Shown one piece after another: positions 56,238 to 64,000 of a stretch of 64,000 bases of DNA. The stretch's first letter is position 1. Each line of letters opens with the position of its first letter. The stretch covers positions 2,403 to 66,402 of the forward strand of contig JAZNDF010000121.1 in the NCBI GenBank assembly GCA_045587925.1, given 5' to 3'. Under the pieces are notes generated by a model. The model was not told where the DNA came from. It saw only the letters and a list, made by a program, of their open reading frames with translations, and did no database searches. Position numbers and translations under genes: made by a program. The DNA comes from Faecousia sp. Lineage in GTDB: Bacteria > Bacillota > Clostridia > Oscillospirales > Oscillospiraceae.

Positions 56238-56326
56238 GCCTAAAATCGTTTATAATGATACAATATAATCGATTTTTTATAATTATATTGAATTATTATG
56301 TTTGATCCGCCGTCGGGAGGTAGCTT

Positions 56327-57016
56327 ATGAGACACGGAAAATTTGAAAACGGAAAAGAGTACAAGCCTCTTTTTGAGAAGGAAACACAGCTTCAGAAGCA
56401 GGAAGCTCAGAATGTGCAGACAGTGCAGGCAAAGCAGGAGAAGGAATCCTCTCCTGCAAAAAGTGTCTTGAGCTACCTGCACGACTTTGTGGCATTGCTT
56501 TCCTGCGTGCTTCTTGTACTTTTATTGTTACTGCGGATCGTTGTTGTTTCCGGTCCGTCTATGAAGAACACTCTGGTGGATGGGGACTATATTGTTTTGC
56601 TGAGCAATGTGTTCTACGGCGAACCGAAGCAGGGGGACATTGTTGTTGCAAGCAAGGACTCCTTCAAAAACGGTGAGCCCATTATCAAGCGGGTGATTGC
56701 AACGGAAGGACAAGAGGTTGACATTGATTTTAATGCCGGAATTGTCTATGTTGACGGAGAAGCACTGGATGAACCGTATACAGCTACATTAACTGAAAAT
56801 AATGGCCATATTTGCGTTCAGTTTCCCCTTGTTGTAGATGAGGGATGTGTATTTGTGATGGGTGATAATCGCAACAATTCCAGCGACAGTCGCAATCCGC
56901 AAATCGGATTGATCGACAAGCGCGAAATTTTGGGAAAAGCAGTATTTTTGCTGTTTCCCGGTAAAGATCCGCTTACGGACAAGCGTGATTTCAAGAGGAT
57001 CGGAGTGCCTTCCTGA
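56327..57016 (+). CDS. lepB: Signal peptidase I
   Basis: VSGPSM..TL..GD, IIKRVIA, GDNRNNS.DSR. Confidence 0.93.
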   Translation: MRHGKFENGKEYKPLFEKETQLQKQEAQNVQTVQAKQEKESSPAKSVLSYLHDFVALLSCVLLVLLLLLRIVVVSGPSMKNTLVDGDYIVLLSNVFYGEPKQGDIVVASKDSFKNGEPIIKRVIATEGQEVDIDFNAGIVYVDGEALDEPYTATLTENNGHICVQFPLVVDEGCVFVMGDNRNNSSDSRNPQIGLIDKREILGKAVFLLFPGKDPLTDKRDFKRIGVPS

Positions 57017-57885
57017 TGGATGAGAAAATGATGAATATTCAATGGTATCCCGGTCATATGACGAAAACCCGCCGTCAGATCGAGGCAGATCTGAAGCAGG
57101 TGGATGCCGTTTGTGAAATCGTGGATGCCAGAATACCCATATCCAGCCGCAATCCGGATATTGATGCCATATGCGGCAGTAAGCCCAGAATCATTATTTT
57201 GAACCGGATGGATTTGGCAGACCCGGAGGCGACCAAGCGGTGGATGGCGTATTTTCGCAGTAAGGGTATGGCCGCGGTCGCCACTGACTGTAAAAGCAGA
57301 AAGGGCATTTCTGATTTTCAGCCTGCCGTGCGTTCTGTTTTGAAGGAAAAAATTCAGCGCAATCTGGAAAAGGGAATGAATAAGCCTCTGCGGGTTATGA
57401 TCGTGGGCATTCCCAATGTGGGTAAGTCCACATTGATCAATCAGATCTCCGGCCGCAAGGGTGCAAAGGCGGAAAACCGCCCCGGTGTTACCAGAGGCAA
57501 ACAGTGGGTCACAGTTGACAACAGCCTTCTTTTGCTGGATACGCCCGGTATTCTCTGGCCTAAATTTGAGGACCCGGAAGTAGGTATGATGCTTGCGTAT
57601 ACCGGTGCGGTTAAGGAAGGCGTTATCGATCTGGAAGAACTGGCATACCGCCTGATGGAGCTGCTTTGGAAATATTATCCCGATACAGTCCGCCAGCGGT
57701 ACAAGGTGGATATGCCTGCAGATACGCCCGGCTATGAACTTTTGGAAGAGGCAGGACGGAAAAGAGGATTTTTGCTGTCCCGCGGCGAGATCAATACCGA
57801 GCGTATGGCAAAGGTTTTAATGGATGAGTACCGCGCAGGTAAGCTTGGCCGGCTCACCCTGGAAGAACCGGAGGATGCAAAATGA
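57016..57885 (+). CDS. ylqF: Ribosome biogenesis GTPase RbgA/YlqF
   Basis: IQWYPGHM, DARIP.SSRNP, GIPNVGKST, DTPG. Confidence 0.96.
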   Translation: MDEKMMNIQWYPGHMTKTRRQIEADLKQVDAVCEIVDARIPISSRNPDIDAICGSKPRIIILNRMDLADPEATKRWMAYFRSKGMAAVATDCKSRKGISDFQPAVRSVLKEKIQRNLEKGMNKPLRVMIVGIPNVGKSTLINQISGRKGAKAENRPGVTRGKQWVTVDNSLLLLDTPGILWPKFEDPEVGMMLAYTGAVKEGVIDLEELAYRLMELLWKYYPDTVRQRYKVDMPADTPGYELLEEAGRKRGFLLSRGEINTERMAKVLMDEYRAGKLGRLTLEEPEDAK

Positions 57886-58496
57886 GCGAACATAATATGT
57901 GGCAATTTGAAGAAAAATACTATGAACAGGGTATAAAACTGGTTTGCGGCGTGGATGAAGCCGGGCGCGGTCCTCTTGCAGGTCCCGTCTGTGCGGCTGC
58001 AGTGATTTTGCCTGCACATATTGAAATTCCCGGTCTGGATGACAGTAAAAAACTTTCCGATAAACGGCGCAGAGAACTGTTTCCGTTGATCAAGGAACAG
58101 GCAATTGCCTATGGCATTGGTTTTGCAGACTGCAAGGAAATTGATGAAATCAATATTTTACAGGCTACCTTCCTTGCTATGGAGCGGGCAATCGGGGCTT
58201 TGGAAATCAAGCCGGAGGTTGCACTGATCGATGGCAACCGCACAAAGGATTTTGGTCTGCCTGTGGAAACAGTCGTCCACGGAGACAGTCTGAGTGCCAG
58301 CATTGCCGCGGCATCTATTCTTGCCAAGGTGACAAGAGACGATGTAATGATGCTGATGGCAGAGGAATATCCTGAATATGGGTTCCAAATCCATAAAGGC
58401 TACGGTACAAAAGCCCATTATGCCGCCCTGGCTGAGTTTGGACCTTGTCTCATCCACCGTATGACATTCCTGAAGAAGCTGTATGGGACGAAATAA
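57882..58496 (+). CDS. rnhB: Ribonuclease HII
   Basis: GVDEAGRGPLAGPV, DDSKKL, AASILAKVTRD, HKGYGT. Confidence 0.97.
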   Translation: MSEHNMWQFEEKYYEQGIKLVCGVDEAGRGPLAGPVCAAAVILPAHIEIPGLDDSKKLSDKRRRELFPLIKEQAIAYGIGFADCKEIDEINILQATFLAMERAIGALEIKPEVALIDGNRTKDFGLPVETVVHGDSLSASIAAASILAKVTRDDVMMLMAEEYPEYGFQIHKGYGTKAHYAALAEFGPCLIHRMTFLKKLYGTK

Positions 58497-58848
58497 TTTA
58501 GCGGGAGCCTGGGGAGAGGCGCAAGCGGCGGCGTATTTGCAAAAGAAGCGATACAAAATCGTCACTGCGAATTACCGATGCCGTTTTGGAGAAATTGATC
58601 TGATCGTGGAAAACCGCAAATACCTTGTTTTTGTGGAAGTGAAATTAAGAAAGAATGACCGCTTTGCAAATGCCTACGAGTTTGTGGATACCTATAAGCA
58701 AGCACGCTTGCGCACAACTGCAGAGCTGTATTTGTCTCAAAATCCTACGGATCTGCAACCCCGTTTCGATGTGATCGAAGTGTATGCGCCTGACGGTGTG
58801 CAGACCGTTAAGCCGAAAATTTACCATATGGAAGGTGCTTTTGAATGA
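58483..58848 (+). CDS. YraN (UPF0102) family protein
   Basis: G..GE..A..YL, GEIDLI, FVEVK.R, RFDVI. Confidence 0.92.
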   Translation: MGRNNLAGAWGEAQAAAYLQKKRYKIVTANYRCRFGEIDLIVENRKYLVFVEVKLRKNDRFANAYEFVDTYKQARLRTTAELYLSQNPTDLQPRFDVIEVYAPDGVQTVKPKIYHMEGAFE

Positions 58849-59792
58849 ATTTTCCTGTCTTTGACCTGCATTGTGATACAGCCCTGCGCCTTTTGGGAAA
58901 AAGCCTGCAGGAATGCGGCAGCTTGTATCAAAATGAATTACATATTGATTTGAAACGGGCTGAGGAACTGGACGGATACGCGCAGTGCTTTGCTTGCTTT
59001 ACATCTCCTGATTCGAAGAAATCCATAAAGCCGGATGAATTGTTTGAACGGGAAATGGTATCTGTTCTTCGCGAGGTGGAGACCCATAAGGATAAAATTT
59101 CTCTGGCATACGGTGCCGGCGATGTGGTCAGGAACTACGAAGACGGAAAAATGTCTGCGATCTTGACCATTGAAGGACCTGCGGGCTTCGGCTTTGATCC
59201 TGCACTCCTGGAAGATTTGTATAAGATCGGTTTTCGGATTACGACACTTGGCTGGAATGAGCAGAATGTTTTGACCGGCTCTCACAAAACCGGCGGTGGA
59301 CTGACAGATCTGGGCAGAGAATATGTAAAAGAAGCACAGCGGTTGGGTATGCTTGTGGATGTAAGCCATATCAGCGATGAGGGATTTTGGGATATAATGG
59401 ATATAACAAGCGGTCCGGTGATCGCATCCCATTCCAACAGCCGTGCGGTTTGGAATGTAAGTCGAAATCTGACGGATGATATGTTCCGCGCCATTTGCAA
59501 AACCGGCGGTGTTGCGGGTATCAATTTATATGCCGGTTTTGTTGGTCAAAATCCGACCCTGGATACGGTGTGCGATCATATTCTGCACTTTATGGAACTG
59601 AATAACGGCGCATCCCATATTGCTCTCGGAGGCGATCTTGACGGTTGTGATAAGATCGTATCCGGTTTTACCGGAATTGAAGATTACAACAAACTGGCAG
59701 ATGCACTTGAAAATCGCGGCGTGAGCGAGGAAGCGATACATAATATTTTCTGGGATAATGCAGTGGGAGTGATGAAATTATGCTGTATGTGA
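58845..59792 (+). CDS. Membrane dipeptidase family (M19)
   Basis: DLHCDT, IEG, DVSH, ASHSN, RNLTD, LGGDLDG. Confidence 0.9.
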   Translation: MNFPVFDLHCDTALRLLGKSLQECGSLYQNELHIDLKRAEELDGYAQCFACFTSPDSKKSIKPDELFEREMVSVLREVETHKDKISLAYGAGDVVRNYEDGKMSAILTIEGPAGFGFDPALLEDLYKIGFRITTLGWNEQNVLTGSHKTGGGLTDLGREYVKEAQRLGMLVDVSHISDEGFWDIMDITSGPVIASHSNSRAVWNVSRNLTDDMFRAICKTGGVAGINLYAGFVGQNPTLDTVCDHILHFMELNNGASHIALGGDLDGCDKIVSGFTGIEDYNKLADALENRGVSEEAIHNIFWDNAVGVMKLCCM

Positions 59793-60694
59793 GTACAAAG
59801 GATAAAACTGAATCTTTTACTGCGTATAGAGTTTTGCACGCGGATAAATCCCCGGATGGAGGACTGTTTACTCCCTTTCATTTGCCGGTATTCTCTGAGG
59901 ATGATTTGGAGCAGATCAAAGAACTGTCCTTTTCTGAAACAGTTGCGAAAATCCTGAATCTTTTCTTTTCAAGGAATTTGACCGGATGGGATGTGGAATT
60001 TTCTGTTGGCAGACGCCCGTTTCAAATCGTAAATATCGGACAGCGAATTACCGTGGCAGAGCTTTGGCACAACAACCGGGCAGACTATGATTATATGGTT
60101 TCCGCGCTTTATCAAAAGCTTTCCGATCAGCCTTGTGCAGATGTTCCCCAGTGGGTTTATATTGCCACTGAGATCGCAATGCTTTTCGGACTGTACGGCG
60201 AGCTGCAGCGCAGTGGGACAGAATTTGGTGATGTTGCGATAACGGATCATCTTCCGTATTATTCTGTGGGTGCCTGGTATGCAAGAAAAATGGGATTGCC
60301 CATTGGGATGATTCTCTGCGGATGCTGTGAAAACAGCGGTCTTTGGGACCTGTGGAGCAGGGGAGAGGCATCGCCGAATGTTCCGGAGGGAATGGAACGG
60401 CTTGTTTATGAGAATTTTGGCGGGGATGTGAGCAAATGTTTCGCAGACGCCCGTGAAAACGGCCGTAATTACCGCTTTACTGAAGATCAGACTTCCGTTT
60501 TGCGTCAAGGCATCCATCCGTCTGTTATCGGAAATTCCCGCATAAATGCGGTTATGTCCAGTATTCAGCGGACCTGCGGATACGAAGCGGATTCCCATAC
60601 TGCCGCCGCATATGGAGCAGTTCAGGATTACAGAGCCGCTGCCGGCGAAAACCGCCCAACCTTGCTTTTATCCCGGCATCGCACTAAGGAGTGA
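59780..60694 (+). CDS. Threonine synthase-like protein, shortened and lacking the PLP lysine motif
   Basis: MLYVST..PDGGLF.P, ELWH, YARKMGLPI, D.HTA match ThrC landmarks; no GPT..FKD motif. Confidence 0.6.
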   Translation: MLYVSTKDKTESFTAYRVLHADKSPDGGLFTPFHLPVFSEDDLEQIKELSFSETVAKILNLFFSRNLTGWDVEFSVGRRPFQIVNIGQRITVAELWHNNRADYDYMVSALYQKLSDQPCADVPQWVYIATEIAMLFGLYGELQRSGTEFGDVAITDHLPYYSVGAWYARKMGLPIGMILCGCCENSGLWDLWSRGEASPNVPEGMERLVYENFGGDVSKCFADARENGRNYRFTEDQTSVLRQGIHPSVIGNSRINAVMSSIQRTCGYEADSHTAAAYGAVQDYRAAAGENRPTLLLSRHRTKE

Positions 60695-60701
60695 GCTTCC
60701 A

Positions 60702-61391
60702 ATGGCTTTATATGCAATCGGAGATCTGCATCTTTGCCTGGGCGCACCGAAACCGATGGATATTTTTGGCGGTAACTGGGTAGGGTATATGGAAAAATTG
60801 AAATCCGGCCTGTCAGTGATCAAGCCGGATGATACCACTGTTCTGCTGGGAGATCTGTCGTGGGCATTGGATCTTTCTCAGGCGAAAGAGGATTTTTCCT
60901 GGATCGATCAAATACCCGGAAGAAAGATCATTCTGAAAGGTAATCACGACTATTGGTGGAGCACAGCTGCAAAATTTTATGCGTTCTGTGAAAATCAGGG
61001 CTTTTCCAACCAGTATATCCTTCATAATAATCATTATGAATTCGATGGCTGGGCGATCTGCGGTACCCGTGGATGGTTTTTTGAGGAGGACAGAAGCGGT
61101 ACTCACGACGAGAAGGTTTTTCGCCGCGAGCTTATGCGATTGGAGGCCTCCTTGCAATCTGCAGGAGATCTTCCCAAACTGGTCTTTCTCCATTATCCGC
61201 CCCGGTATAAAGGGTACGAATGCGGCGAAATATTGTCCTTGCTGAATAAATATGATGTGCGCCGCTGTTTTTACGGACATCTGCACGGGGCAAGTCACGC
61301 GCTGGCAATGGAGGGACTGTGGGATGGTATCGAATTCAAACTTGTATCCGCAGACAGGTTAAATTTTCAACCGTTGCAGATTATTTTATAA
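60702..61391 (+). CDS. Metallophosphoesterase (calcineurin-like)
   Basis: GDLH, GDLSW, KGNHDYWW, HYPP, YGHLH. Confidence 0.9.
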   Translation: MALYAIGDLHLCLGAPKPMDIFGGNWVGYMEKLKSGLSVIKPDDTTVLLGDLSWALDLSQAKEDFSWIDQIPGRKIILKGNHDYWWSTAAKFYAFCENQGFSNQYILHNNHYEFDGWAICGTRGWFFEEDRSGTHDEKVFRRELMRLEASLQSAGDLPKLVFLHYPPRYKGYECGEILSLLNKYDVRRCFYGHLHGASHALAMEGLWDGIEFKLVSADRLNFQPLQIIL

Positions 61392-61501
61392 TTTTTGAAG
61401 AAAAGTGTGGACATTTGCAATATTTTTTGTTAGAATATATCGGATGTAATTTAGAATATTGAAGGGCTGATAAAAGCAGTCTGAAGTAGGAGGACATAAA
61501 A

Positions 61502-62806
61502 ATGAATGTAAAGAGCATCGAAAGAAATGGCAATCAGGCTACAATCGTCGTTGAGATCGACAAGGAGCTGATGGAGTCCGGTGTCCAGAAGGCATACCTG
61601 AAGGCACGGAAGAACATTATGATCCCCGGTTTCCGTAAGGGCAAGGCTCCCCGTAAGATGATCGAGTCTATGTACGGCGCACACGTTTTCTATGAAGACG
61701 GTCTGGAGGAGATCTTCCCTGAGATCTACGATTTTGCTGTTGTTAAGCAGGATGTGAAGGCTGTTGGCCGTCCCAGCCTGACTGATATGCAGATTGGCGA
61801 TGACAATGTTGTTACCCTGACTTTGACCACCGATGTTTATCCTGAGGTTACTCTGGGCGACTACAAGGGCCTGGAGATCGAGAAGGCAGAAGCTGTTGTT
61901 ACCGATGAGCAGGTACAAGCTGAGCTGGACCGTATGGCACAGAATGTGGCATCTACCGAAACTGTTGAGCGCGCTGCTGAAATGGGAGATACTGCCAACA
62001 TTGATTTCGAGGGCTTTGATAACGGCGTTCCCTTCAAGGGCGGCAAGGGCGAAGCTTTTGATCTGAAGCTGGGCTCCGGTTCCTTTGTGCCCGGTTTTGA
62101 AGAGCAGGTCGTGGGTATGTCTGCAGGCGAGGAGAAGGATATTGATATCACCTTCCCTGAGGATTATCATGCTGAGCTGGCAGGCAAGGCAGTTGTTTTC
62201 CACGTAAAGGTCAATAAGGTCACTGTAACCAATGTTCCTGCTCAGGATGATGAGTTTGCAAAGGATGTGTCCGATTTCGAGACTCTGGAGGAGCTGAAGG
62301 CTGACATCCGCGCCAAGGCTTTGGAGAGTGCACAGAAGCAGATCGATTCTGCCTTTGAGCAGGCTTGCGTTGATAAGGCTTCTGAGAATGCAACGGTTGA
62401 AATGCCCAACGGTCTGATCGAGCAGGAGCTGGACAACCAGATGGAGCGTTTTGCATACCAGCTGCAGATGAGCGGCTACTCCGTGGAGCAGTACGCCAAG
62501 ATGATGGGCGGCGATATGAGCACAATGCGTAATGCATTCCGTCCTGCCGCAGAGAAGCAGGCTAAGGCCAATGTGACTCTGGCAAAGATCGTGGAGGCTG
62601 AAGGCATCGTCATTTCCGATGAGGATGTGAATGCTGAGTATGAGTCTATGGCAAAGCAGTACGAGCTGGAGGTTGAGAAGGTTAAGGAAATGGTCCCTGC
62701 TGAAGAGATCAAGACCAGCCTGGAGACCCGCAATGCTGTCAGCGTGATCGTGGATTCTGCTGTGGCTGTTGCTCCCAAGGCAGACAAAAATGCTTCCGAG
62801 GAATAA
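61502..62806 (+). CDS. tig: Trigger factor
   Basis: PGFRKGKAP ribosome-binding signature; FKBP domain (IDFEG..F.GG, GFEEQ, FPEDY). Confidence 0.97.
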   Translation: MNVKSIERNGNQATIVVEIDKELMESGVQKAYLKARKNIMIPGFRKGKAPRKMIESMYGAHVFYEDGLEEIFPEIYDFAVVKQDVKAVGRPSLTDMQIGDDNVVTLTLTTDVYPEVTLGDYKGLEIEKAEAVVTDEQVQAELDRMAQNVASTETVERAAEMGDTANIDFEGFDNGVPFKGGKGEAFDLKLGSGSFVPGFEEQVVGMSAGEEKDIDITFPEDYHAELAGKAVVFHVKVNKVTVTNVPAQDDEFAKDVSDFETLEELKADIRAKALESAQKQIDSAFEQACVDKASENATVEMPNGLIEQELDNQMERFAYQLQMSGYSVEQYAKMMGGDMSTMRNAFRPAAEKQAKANVTLAKIVEAEGIVISDEDVNAEYESMAKQYELEVEKVKEMVPAEEIKTSLETRNAVSVIVDSAVAVAPKADKNASEE

Positions 62807-62857
62807 GTAACCTTCCAAATGGTTAGAATGTTTCAAACCCTGAAAGGAGACATCACC

Positions 62858-63439
62858 ATGAGTTTTATCCCTTATGTTGTTGAACAGACAAGCCGCGGTG
62901 AGCGCAGCTATGACATTTTTTCCCGTCTGCTTAACGACAGAATCATTTTCCTGTCCGAAGAGGTCAACGATACGACCGCAAGCCTGATCGTGGCGCAGAT
63001 GCTGTATCTGGAAGCACAGGATCCGGACAAGGATATTCAGTTTTATATCAACAGCCCAGGCGGCAGTGTAACTGCCGGTATGGCGATTTATGACACGATG
63101 CAGTACATCAAGTGCGATGTGGCAACCATTTGTGTTGGTATGGCTGCCTCTATGGGCGCATTTCTGCTGTCGGCAGGTACAAAGGGGAAGCGGATGGCTC
63201 TGCCCAATGCTGAGATTATGATCCATCAGCCCTCTGCCGGCACCCAGGGTCAGATTACTGATATGGCGATCCACCTGAAGCGCTTGGAGAGCATTAAAAC
63301 ACGGATGAACACCATCCTTGCACACAATACGGGTAAGTCTGTTGAAGAAGTTACCGATGCCTGTGAGCGTGATCATTTTATGAGTTCTCAGGAGGCTCTG
63401 GAATTCGGTCTTGTAGACCGGGTACTTGAGCGGCACTAA
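62858..63439 (+). CDS. clpP: ATP-dependent Clp protease proteolytic subunit
   Basis: [39 protein letters not shown]. Confidence 0.98.
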   Translation: MSFIPYVVEQTSRGERSYDIFSRLLNDRIIFLSEEVNDTTASLIVAQMLYLEAQDPDKDIQFYINSPGGSVTAGMAIYDTMQYIKCDVATICVGMAASMGAFLLSAGTKGKRMALPNAEIMIHQPSAGTQGQITDMAIHLKRLESIKTRMNTILAHNTGKSVEEVTDACERDHFMSSQEALEFGLVDRVLERH

Positions 63440-63462
63440 TCCGGAAAGGCGGTACCTGCATA

Positions 63463-64000
63463 ATGTCTAATCAAGAGGAACAGATCTTAAGTTGCTCCTT
63501 TTGCGGGAAGCGGGAAACACAGGTCAGGCTGATTGCCGGTCCGGGTGTTTATATCTGTAATGAGTGTGTGCAGGCCTGCTGTGACTTGTTGGAAGCGGAC
63601 GAGGAAACCCAGGGTATGCCGGAGCATCTGCCTGTTCCGGCTGAAATGAAGGCATACTTGGATAATTATATCGTCGGCCAGGATGATGCAAAGATGGCAT
63701 TATCTGTTGCGGTATACAATCATTATAAGCGCATTTATCTTTCTGCACAAAGCGATGTGGAGCTCCAGAAAAGTAATATTCTTCTGATTGGTCCCACCGG
63801 GTCCGGTAAGACCTTATTTGCCCAGACCCTGGCGCGGGTGTTGGATGTGCCTTTTGCCATAGCCGATGCCACAACCTTAACGGAAGCGGGCTATGTGGGC
63901 GACGATGTGGAGAATATTCTGGTTCGCCTTCTGCAGGCGGCAGACTTTGATGTGGAGCGGGCTGAACGGGGTATTATCTATATCGACGAAATGGATAAAA
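63463..64000 (+). CDS. clpX: Clp protease ATP-binding subunit ClpX (3'-partial)
   Basis: [19 protein letters not shown] Zn finger, [31 protein letters not shown]; runs off the window end. Confidence 0.96.
   Translation, partial: MSNQEEQILSCSFCGKRETQVRLIAGPGVYICNECVQACCDLLEADEETQGMPEHLPVPAEMKAYLDNYIVGQDDAKMALSVAVYNHYKRIYLSAQSDVELQKSNILLIGPTGSGKTLFAQTLARVLDVPFAIADATTLTEAGYVGDDVENILVRLLQAADFDVERAERGIIYIDEMDK

Noticed and set aside
61451-63436. 661-aa ORF antisense to tig and clpP
   Set aside because: Antisense shadow of highly expressed genes; composition typical of reverse-frame artefacts

Overview
Chromosomal window from a spore-forming Clostridia-type Firmicute, probably Oscillospiraceae-like (inferred from gene content, not a database result). 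Most of it is housekeeping and sporulation backbone: spoIID, metA, nnrD, valS with a T-box, asnB, serA, proBAC, spoIVFB plus a radical SAM pair, rplS-lepB-rbgA-rnhB, and tig-clpP-clpX, with two tRNA-Pro genes. The most notable signals are: (1) two unrelated AT-rich accessory genes beside the two tRNA-Pro loci share one ~210-nt leader architecture (promoter, 5' segment X, a conserved long stem enclosing anti-X, then a terminator), with substitutions that are almost all G-U compatible, making it a candidate undescribed RNA switch; (2) arrays of tRNA 3'-end duplications carry a shared 100-bp three-hairpin element with a compensatory base change; (3) an antitoxin-less mazF has a structured leader containing a UACAU site; (4) sleC is split into separate pre-domain and mature-enzyme genes; (5) an AraC-linked operon encodes a U32-like protein plus three QueG/reductive-dehalogenase-like Fe-S paralogs; (6) there are two apparent non-canonical start codons, tandem DUF4838-like genes, a REP cluster and a ThrC-like pseudoenzyme. 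All calls are from motif recognition by eye; no searches were run.
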